23,359 nucleotides of DNA from Phycisphaerae bacterium. Its GTDB lineage: Bacteria > Planctomycetota > Phycisphaerae > UBA1845. The notes under the pieces are model-generated. The model saw only the letters and a program-made list of their open reading frames with translations. It was not told the origin of the DNA and did not search any database. This document shows positions 13,804 to 23,359 of this stretch, piece by piece. Position numbers and translations under genes: made by a program. The stretch is from positions 1-23,359 of the forward strand of contig JAZGDL010000356.1 of assembly GCA_036477795.1 (NCBI GenBank). Direction: 5' to 3'. The number at the start of each line of letters is the position of its first letter. Positions within the stretch are counted from its first letter, which is position 1.

Positions 13804-16800
13804 GCGGTGGCAAAGAGTCGGGGAAGTCTTCGATTCGGCCGTAACGCGGGATGCGGCCGAGCGGGCGGCATTTCTTGCAGATGCCTGCGGTGGCGATTCG
13901 GACTTACGCCGAGAGGTGGAATCACTTCTCGCCCACCGGGCCGACGCGGAGCCGTTTCTCGAAACGCCGCCCCTGAGCGACGTGCGACGGCTACTGGATC
14001 AGAATGGCCCGGGCGCCCTAGTAGGAGAGCGCGTCGGCGCCTACCGGATCGTAGAGATGATCGCGTCCGGCGGGATGGGCACCGTGTATCTGGCCGCGCG
14101 GGCGGACGACCAGTACCGCAAGCAGGTAGCCATCAAGATCGTAAGGACCGGGGATCGAACACCGGAACTTGTCGAACGTTTTCGTATCGAGCGGCAGACG
14201 CTTGCCGGTCTGGAACACGCCAACATCGCCAGGCTGATTGACGGCGGAATCACCGAGGAAAACCGACCGTACTACGTCATGGAGTTCGTTGAAGGGCGAC
14301 CGATCGACCAATACTGCGAGGTTGCCAAGGACGGCGGTCTGTCAACCAGGGAACGACTCGAGCTGTTCTGCACAGTTTGTGAGGCCGTCGGCTATGCCCA
14401 TCAGAACCTGGTGATTCATCGCGACCTCAAACCCAGCAACATCCTGGTTACGAACGACGGTATTCCGAAGCTTGTGGACTTCGGCCTGGCCAAGACGCTT
14501 GGCAACACGCTCGGCGACGCAGACGGTCCGACCGTGCAGGGAGAATTCATAGGCACCGTGGCGTATGCCGCCCCGGAGCAGGTGAAAGGGGATGTCGGGA
14601 GTGTAGACACACGCACGGACGTCTACGCACTCGGAGTGGTGCTGTTCCGGCTGCTTACGGGGCGTTCGCCCTATCCTTCGGGCGGTTCCCTCTCGGACGT
14701 GCTCCACCATATCCTGGAGACGGCCCCGAATCCGCCTTCGACGTATTATCGACATGGTGATGATGAACTCGATGCGATCGTTCTCAAAGCGTTGTCCAAG
14801 GAGAAGGAGCGTCGCTACCAATCCGCCGCGGCACTTAAGGAGGATATCCATCGCTACCTGGCGGGTGATCCCGTCCTTGCCAAGGGCGAGTCCTCATGGA
14901 ACTGGTACGTCGTCAAGAAAACCGCACGGCGGCACCGCCTGCCGCTTGCCATCTCGGCGGCGTTTGTGGTCCTTGTTTCCGCGTTTGCGGTTGTGATGAC
15001 GATTCAGGCCGGGCGCGTGGCGAATCAGCGCGACATCGCCGAAAAGGCGCTCAGAAGCAACAAGATCGAACGCGGTCGGGCGATGGGGCTGGCCGGGAAC
15101 ATGACGCATGCCGAGCGCTTGATCTGGCGCGAGTACCTCGCCGGTGCCGGCGTGACCGGATCCCCGACGTCCGGTCCGATTGGCGCGGGTTTGAGTTTGG
15201 ACGAAGCCCACTGGGCGCTCTGGGAGCTCTATGCCCATCACCCGTGTGTCCTGACGACCACGGACCCGTACAACAGCCGCATCTCTGCGGTCGCGTTGAG
15301 TCCCGATGGAACATCCCTGGCGTCGAGCGGTAGCGGCGGGGTCATCACATGGTTTGATTTTCCTTCGGGCCGGCAGCGCCCGGGATTCACCACCACCGGT
15401 CTGCACTCCGATGAGCCTGGGAAGATCGTCACCAACGACAGCTTCTACCCAAGAATCTCATTCAGCCCCGATGGGCGGTTCATCGGTGTCGGAACTCAAG
15501 AACGAACGGTGGAGTTGTGGAACGTCGAGACGGGTCGCCGGGCGGTGGTGCTCGGCGCAAGCGAGGCCAGTGTCGAACCCACAGCGTACACATCAGGCGA
15601 ACGTGCGGTGTTCCAGTCGATCGTCTTTTTCCCGGACGGTCGCACCATCGCCACGTCTAGCGGCGAGAACGTCATTCGGATTTGGGACGTGGCATCGAAA
15701 ACGTGTACGCGCGTCTTGGAAGGACATGGCAATCACGTCAGAAGACTGGCGATCAGCCCCGATGGCCGCACACTGTTATCCGCGTCCGCTGATGGTCTTG
15801 TCATGCTGTGGGATGTCTCGACGGGCCGTCGCGTCGGTATGCTCCAAGGCCCGGGGCAATTTATAAACTGCGTTCGCTTCAGTCCGGATGGTCGGCACTT
15901 TGCCGCGGTGGGCAACGATCTCACCGTCTTTCTGTGGGAGACTACGCCGCCGCACGGTCGCCGATTGCTGACCGGCCACACCGCCTGGGTCCGGGCCGTC
16001 GCATTCCATCCCCGCGCACCGCTGCTGGCCACGGGCAGCGGTGACAATACCGTGATCCTGTGGGACATTCCCACCGGGCGGGTGATCCGAAGGCTCGCCG
16101 GGCACGCCCGTGAAGTCGTCGCGTTGTGCTTTGCCCCCGACGGCCGATATCTCGTCTCCGCCGATTGGGATTCGATCAAGGTCTGGGATGTGAACGAGCG
16201 TAGGCACTTTCGCAAACTGGTCGGGGTCACGGGTCCGGTTTTTTCCGCCGTATTTTATCCGGGCGGCCGGAGGGTCGCTTTCTGCAGATCCGACGAAGAC
16301 CGCTCCGTTCGTATCTGCGACCGATTCACGGGCGAGATCCTACACATTCTCAAAGGACACACCGCTCCCGTGTCGTCCGTCGCGGTGAGCCCGGACGGCA
16401 CCGTGCTCGCGTCGGCAAGCTACGATCACACGGTGAGGTTGTGGGATGCGGTGACCGGTTCCTGCAAGAAAGTTCTTACCGGGCATCAGGGCGGGATCAA
16501 CGCGGTGTGTTTCCGCGACGACGGGCGCGCGATCGCTTCCGGCAGTGACGACGGAACCATTCGTTTATGGGAAGTGCCGTCCGGACGGCACCTGGCGACG
16601 CTCGAGCAACACAGCCAGCGGATCCCGTCGGTTCGCTTCAGCCCCGTCGATCAGACACTGGCCGCCTCAACCGGGAGGGATGGCGAGATCGTTTTGTGGG
16701 ATACCGCGACACGCCGTATCCGCCGGCGGTGGAAGGCGCACGACATCGGCGTGCGCCCGGTTCGGTTCTCGCATGACGGGAGGATCCTGGCATCGGGTGG

Positions 16801-17197
16801 CGACGACAATCAGATCAGGCTGTGGGACCCGGCCTCGGGCTCATGCGTCGGCACCCTGGCGGGACACGATCAGCATATTTTCGGTTTGGATTTTGCGCGC
16901 GGAGATCACATTCTCGCTTCAAGCAGTCGCGGCAATACGATCAAGCTTTGGGACATCGCCGAACATCGATGTCTGGTTACACTGGAAGGCCACAACGACA
17001 TGGTGTTCTCCGTCCAGTTCAGCCGGGATGGACGGGAGCTGGTGTCGGCCAGTCGGGACGGAATCGTCGGTCTCTGGGACCTGGGTTACTACGATCGTCA
17101 CATCGCTGGCAATCTGGCGTTTCAGCGGACCAGACTCTCAGGAGATCCTAATGGGAGAATCGTCAAAACCCGCAAGACTGGCCGCCGCTTGCCCTAA
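13793..17197 (+). CDS. Ser/Thr protein kinase with a conserved N-terminal extension, one TM helix and a C-terminal WD40 beta-propeller array
   Basis: GTG 13793 with GGAGGTG 6 nt upstream, overlapping the sigma gene stop (13801-13803) by 11 nt. The N-terminal ERWQRVGEVFDSA...AERAAFLADACGGDSDLRREVESLL is typical of kinases partnered with this sigma group. Kinase motifs GGMGTVY, VAIK, HRDLKPSNIL, DFGLAK, APE. TM segment LPLAISAAFVVLVSAFAVVMTI, then >10 WD-type repeats (..SGSDDGTIRLWD.. etc.). Confidence 0.9.
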   Translation: MNAERWQRVGEVFDSAVTRDAAERAAFLADACGGDSDLRREVESLLAHRADAEPFLETPPLSDVRRLLDQNGPGALVGERVGAYRIVEMIASGGMGTVYLAARADDQYRKQVAIKIVRTGDRTPELVERFRIERQTLAGLEHANIARLIDGGITEENRPYYVMEFVEGRPIDQYCEVAKDGGLSTRERLELFCTVCEAVGYAHQNLVIHRDLKPSNILVTNDGIPKLVDFGLAKTLGNTLGDADGPTVQGEFIGTVAYAAPEQVKGDVGSVDTRTDVYALGVVLFRLLTGRSPYPSGGSLSDVLHHILETAPNPPSTYYRHGDDELDAIVLKALSKEKERRYQSAAALKEDIHRYLAGDPVLAKGESSWNWYVVKKTARRHRLPLAISAAFVVLVSAFAVVMTIQAGRVANQRDIAEKALRSNKIERGRAMGLAGNMTHAERLIWREYLAGAGVTGSPTSGPIGAGLSLDEAHWALWELYAHHPCVLTTTDPYNSRISAVALSPDGTSLASSGSGGVITWFDFPSGRQRPGFTTTGLHSDEPGKIVTNDSFYPRISFSPDGRFIGVGTQERTVELWNVETGRRAVVLGASEASVEPTAYTSGERAVFQSIVFFPDGRTIATSSGENVIRIWDVASKTCTRVLEGHGNHVRRLAISPDGRTLLSASADGLVMLWDVSTGRRVGMLQGPGQFINCVRFSPDGRHFAAVGNDLTVFLWETTPPHGRRLLTGHTAWVRAVAFHPRAPLLATGSGDNTVILWDIPTGRVIRRLAGHAREVVALCFAPDGRYLVSADWDSIKVWDVNERRHFRKLVGVTGPVFSAVFYPGGRRVAFCRSDEDRSVRICDRFTGEILHILKGHTAPVSSVAVSPDGTVLASASYDHTVRLWDAVTGSCKKVLTGHQGGINAVCFRDDGRAIASGSDDGTIRLWEVPSGRHLATLEQHSQRIPSVRFSPVDQTLAASTGRDGEIVLWDTATRRIRRRWKAHDIGVRPVRFSHDGRILASGGDDNQIRLWDPASGSCVGTLAGHDQHIFGLDFARGDHILASSSRGNTIKLWDIAEHRCLVTLEGHNDMVFSVQFSRDGRELVSASRDGIVGLWDLGYYDRHIAGNLAFQRTRLSGDPNGRIVKTRKTGRRLP

Positions 17198-17199
17198 GC

Positions 17200-17466
17200 A
17201 ACGTTCCCGCGTCTCGCGCCAGGTTTCGATCTCCTTGAGGAACTCGGTGTCGACTTCGGCGGTGCCGCGTTTGCGTTTGTTGGATTCGGCGTATCTGTCG
17301 AAGGAGCCCTTGAGGATGGCGTCCTTGGCGAAGATACCGGCGATATCGTTCCATTGCTTAGGGTACTGGTGGTAGGTGAAGTAGAAGACGCGGGCGTTCG
17401 ACGGCCTGTCGGTGGTGTTCGGGCGGATGCGGCAGTCGTAGACGGCGAATTCCTCAACTGAGTGAA
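17200..17466 (-). pseudogene. Orphan C-terminal gene fragment without start codon (unknown family)
   Basis: Minus-strand frame reads ..VTLHSVEEFAVYDCRIRPNTTDRPSNARVFYFTYHQYPKQWNDIAGIFAKDAILKGSFDRYAESNKRKRGTAEVDTEFLKEIETWRETRER.. with lower GC and protein-like composition, but no ATG/GTG/TTG start before it runs into the repeat cluster at 17476; the ORF-track extension to 17848 is a translation of repeat DNA. Confidence 0.3.
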
Positions 17467-17475
17467 GAGTGACGG

Positions 17476-17697
17476 CTCTCCTCCGTGCCTTCGTGCCTTC
17501 TGACAGGTGGGTGGCCCACCTCGTTTCGAGGTGTATGTGTTTAGCGTACTGGGTGGCGCAGATTGATGAACCGAAAACGCCTGATCCGAGCCCCAAGCGC
17601 CAGCGCGGGGTGACTACGCGCACCCGTCGCTTGCGCTCGGGGCTCGGAATCGAGCACAAACACGCTAAACCCGTACGAGAAGGTGGGGCACCCCGGG
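17476..17697. repeat. Repeat cluster: octamer-array fragment (ctccgtgccttcgtgccttc, 17476-17500), the D-repeat 5' hairpin (17505-17533), a ~140-bp structured insert, and the D-repeat 3' end (gagaaggtggggcacccc, 17676-17695)
   Basis: Read directly. The insert has a gtttagcgt/acgctaaac inverted pair at its ends and a long imperfect hairpin ccgagccccaagcgc ... gcgctcggggctcgg (17586-17647). Confidence 0.75.
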
Positions 17698-17812
17698 AGC
17701 AGAAACCGCCAGAACGGCTGAGTGATCCAGAGCAGAACGACCAGCGCGAATACGATAAGCGTGACCGTTGCATCGCGACTCCACCGACCAAGAAATCGTC
17801 GCTGTTGGCGCA

Positions 17813-17925
17813 GGTGGGTGGCCCACCTCGTTTCGAGGTGGGGGACACGATGATCCACGCGCCAACATCGGAGCTTGTCGTATCATCCAGCCCCCACCTT
17901 CAGAGAAGGCGGGGCACCCCGCCCG
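17813..17925. repeat. ~110-bp MITE/REP-like structured repeat, copy D2
   Basis: ggtgggtggcccacctcgtttcgaggtgggggacacgatgatccacgcgccaacatcggagcttgtcgtatcatccagcccccaccttcagagaaggcggggcacccc; ~93% identical to D1, same three hairpins. Confidence 0.85.
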
Positions 17926-18169
17926 GCACGGCGGGTGCGATTGACGGCTCTGCTGTTCTGTTAACTCTCCTAATATCGGACCAACAGTGATTTCGCCTGA
18001 GAACACGGAGTAGCTGAGGTTGCCATCTTTGTTACCGATAAACCCGACAGCGAATGTAGCTGCGCCACGTGGGCATTGATGCCGGCGCCCCGCCTGTCAT
18101 TCCAAGTCTGGGTGGCGGCACGCGATGAAACCTTTTGGCGGCAGGTCCCAGCCGTAGTCGGGGGCGCCT

Positions 18170-21487
<3,318 letters not shown>

Positions 21488-21511
21488 TTTTCGCGCGTGC
21501 GCCCTGGCGTA

Positions 21512-23275
21512 TCAGACGGCGGGGATCAAACAGACGTCCTGAATTGAGTGACTGGTCAACTGCGACACAGAGGCGACGCCGTAAGGTGCATCGGGCTGAC
21601 CGGGCCTCCAGCAGATCAACCGGTCTCGCACCTCATTGGTGGCTACAATCACATCAGGGGCGACCTCCACGCGACGCAGCGTCTGCCCGCCTGCTTCATA
21701 GCGGCAGATGAAGGTATCGCCGATGACCCGGGCGAAGACCGCGAGCGAGGTTTCCGTGTAAAACAGCCGGCGCAGACCGCCGAAGTCCAGCACCACCACG
21801 GACTCAGCCGAGCGTTGCCGGCCGGAGTGCAGGATTTCGGGCTGGCCGGTTTCACCAGCCGGCCAGTACAGCACCTCACCCTCCGCGTTGCCCGCGTAAA
21901 CACCATCGCCCGTGGGGCACAGAGCGGAGATCAAGGACCGGCTGCCGCGAAAGCCCACAGGTTCCTGATCAAGCCTGTCGGCCGCCATCCTGATGACCCG
22001 TTCATCGATGGAGAAGTAAACCGCGCCGTTGAGAAACCGGACGCAGCGCACCGCTTTAGCATTTTTGGTCTGGTCGTGCATCAGCCTGCCGGCCGGCCCG
22101 CTGCCGCCGCGGCGCCAATACAGCACCCCGAGCTCCGAATGTGAGGCAAACACCTGGTCGCCCGCGAGTGCCACTGAGTTGACACCACCTTGGACACGAT
22201 CGCCTGAATCCGCGACATAGGTAACCACGTCGCCGCTCCCCTCCACGTCCAACTCATGCAGACCGTGCGCCGCGCCGACGAACAACCGCCGCTCGTTTCC
22301 GGCGTCCAGGTGCATTTGCACGGAGCGCACCGGGCCGATGCTCTCCGGCATGGAAACCCTGGTCACCGGCGTGTCGAGCGAGGCAGGGTCAAAAAAGAGC
22401 AGCTCCCGGCCGGAAGCCACGACGATGCGCTCGGTCACCGCACGGGCACCGTCAGCCGCGAACAGGGCTGCATAAAGCGGGCCCCGATCGACCTCGGAAA
22501 AGGTGCGCACCAGATCCCCGAGATCATGATCGGGCGACCGGTCGGCCAGCGATTTCATTTCGTCCAGAAGTTCAGCCAGCTTCTGCGAATGTTCCTGCCG
22601 CGCGGTTTCGACGGCCATTTCGATACGGCGATTGGCCGCGAATTCCTCCTGCCGCCGGCGGGCGTCGGCCCGCGACCTGACCACCTGCCGGTAGACCGCG
22701 GAGTCGAACCGGACATCGACGGGCTTCTCAATCCGCAGCCCACAGGAGAAGGCTGCCCGCTTGAGCCCGTCGGCCATCTCGGCGGACAGGGTGCCGGCGT
22801 TTGACGGACTGATCAACACCTCCACGCCGCGTCCTTCGGCGATCTCCGCCAGGCTCCGCAGGACGTATGGCTCGAAATGGGCTTGCAGCGCCGCGGTTCG
22901 CGCCACCTGGGCGCTGCCCACAATCGCTTTTTGGAATGAGTGTAGTTCGGAAGCTTCGGCTATCAGCGAGACACGAAAGGAGACCGCGGCTGCACATTGA
23001 TACTCGTCCAGTGAGCTGACCGTGATGCCGTCGAGACTCACGGCCACCGGCGTGGTGCGGACCAGCATCACCTCAGTCACGCCCTCAGCGGATACCGAAC
23101 TCCCCGGGGCACAAACGATGCGATCACCCCGCTCGCGCCCGACCAGCGCCGCCTGGCCCGGCCCCAGTTCAAAGGACCGGGTCAACAGTCCGAACAGCTC
23201 CTCGGGGTCGATCACAACTGCCACCGCGTCCGGCGACTGGAAGAAAGTCTTGGGATCGATGCCTTGCTTGCTCAT
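21512..23275 (-). CDS. Hypothetical protein, 587 aa (N-terminal alpha/beta domain, central coiled coil, C-terminal beta-rich region)
   Basis: Long minus-strand ORF, convergent with the histidine kinase gene (24-bp gap). Its ATG (23273-23275) overlaps the stop of an upstream minus-strand ORF by 4 nt (ATGA). No family recognised from the sequence alone. Confidence 0.6.
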   Translation of the reverse strand: MSKQGIDPKTFFQSPDAVAVVIDPEELFGLLTRSFELGPGQAALVGRERGDRIVCAPGSSVSAEGVTEVMLVRTTPVAVSLDGITVSSLDEYQCAAAVSFRVSLIAEASELHSFQKAIVGSAQVARTAALQAHFEPYVLRSLAEIAEGRGVEVLISPSNAGTLSAEMADGLKRAAFSCGLRIEKPVDVRFDSAVYRQVVRSRADARRRQEEFAANRRIEMAVETARQEHSQKLAELLDEMKSLADRSPDHDLGDLVRTFSEVDRGPLYAALFAADGARAVTERIVVASGRELLFFDPASLDTPVTRVSMPESIGPVRSVQMHLDAGNERRLFVGAAHGLHELDVEGSGDVVTYVADSGDRVQGGVNSVALAGDQVFASHSELGVLYWRRGGSGPAGRLMHDQTKNAKAVRCVRFLNGAVYFSIDERVIRMAADRLDQEPVGFRGSRSLISALCPTGDGVYAGNAEGEVLYWPAGETGQPEILHSGRQRSAESVVVLDFGGLRRLFYTETSLAVFARVIGDTFICRYEAGGQTLRRVEVAPDVIVATNEVRDRLICWRPGQPDAPYGVASVSQLTSHSIQDVCLIPAV

Positions 23276-23359
23276 GATGTCTCCGCAAAGGCCTCATACC
23301 GTGCCAGCGACGCCTTGTTCACCGACGGAGGCGTCGCCTCAATAACACTCATGATATCA
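23272..23359 (-). CDS. 3' end of an upstream minus-strand gene running off the right edge (..DIMSVIEATPPSVNKASLARYEAFAETS-stop)
   Basis: The frame is open from the window edge to the TGA at 23272-23274, which overlaps the downstream ATG (ATGA coupling). Too short to classify. Confidence 0.3.
   Translation of the reverse strand, partial: DIMSVIEATPPSVNKASLARYEAFAETS

Noticed and set aside
14894-17375. Various ORFs overlapping the kinase-WD40 gene (e.g. 16545..17375 +, 15733..16230 -)
   Set aside because: Out-of-frame or antisense to a gene with unambiguous kinase and WD40 motifs.
17138-17848. 236-aa minus-strand ORF as an intact gene
   Set aside because: Its N-terminal two thirds are translation of the repeat cluster (17476-17848) and its 3' end overlaps the kinase gene. 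Only the 17200-17466 portion looks protein-like and it lacks a start, so only a possible gene fragment is reported.

Overview
GC-rich (~63-65%) bacterial chromosomal window. The gene content (an ECF sigma factor translationally coupled to a Ser/Thr kinase with WD40 repeats, giant cysteine-rich secreted proteins with dockerin-like C-termini, a hybrid histidine kinase) points to Planctomycetota or a relative; this is inference from gene content, not from a search. Left to right the window holds: the 5' part of an IS5-family transposase gene (minus strand, running off the left edge) with an in-frame amber stop at a conserved Trp codon; a 42-nt fragment of the 3' end of tRNA-Arg that is directly repeated 2.3 kb away in an intact tRNA-Arg(CCG) gene. 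These two att-like repeats bracket a lower-GC two-gene cargo: a pentapeptide-repeat protein with 3 TM segments followed by a TIR-like domain protein with the catalytic-type Glu retained. This is the candidate undescribed module, possibly a signalling or abortive-infection defence pair in a decayed tRNA-integrated islet. The window continues with a MOT1-family molybdate-transporter-like gene bracketed on both sides by a composite microsatellite-like repeat; galE; a 579-aa secreted Cys-rich protein with a PPC-like jelly-roll and dockerin-like repeats; a permease gene remnant; a 1624-aa secreted, modular, extremely Cys-rich protein; a ~110-bp triple-hairpin MITE/REP-like repeat family (2 full and 2 partial copies); an ECF sigma factor (TIGR02999-like) overlapping a Ser/Thr kinase-WD40 gene; a repeat-dense intergenic 'junkyard' with an orphan gene fragment; a hybrid sensor histidine kinase (PAS-PAS-GAF-HisKA-HATPase-REC) with a 4-Cys insertion in the GAF domain; and a 587-aa hypothetical protein. 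Many of the long ORFs in the six-frame track are antisense or out-of-frame GC artefacts and are rejected below.
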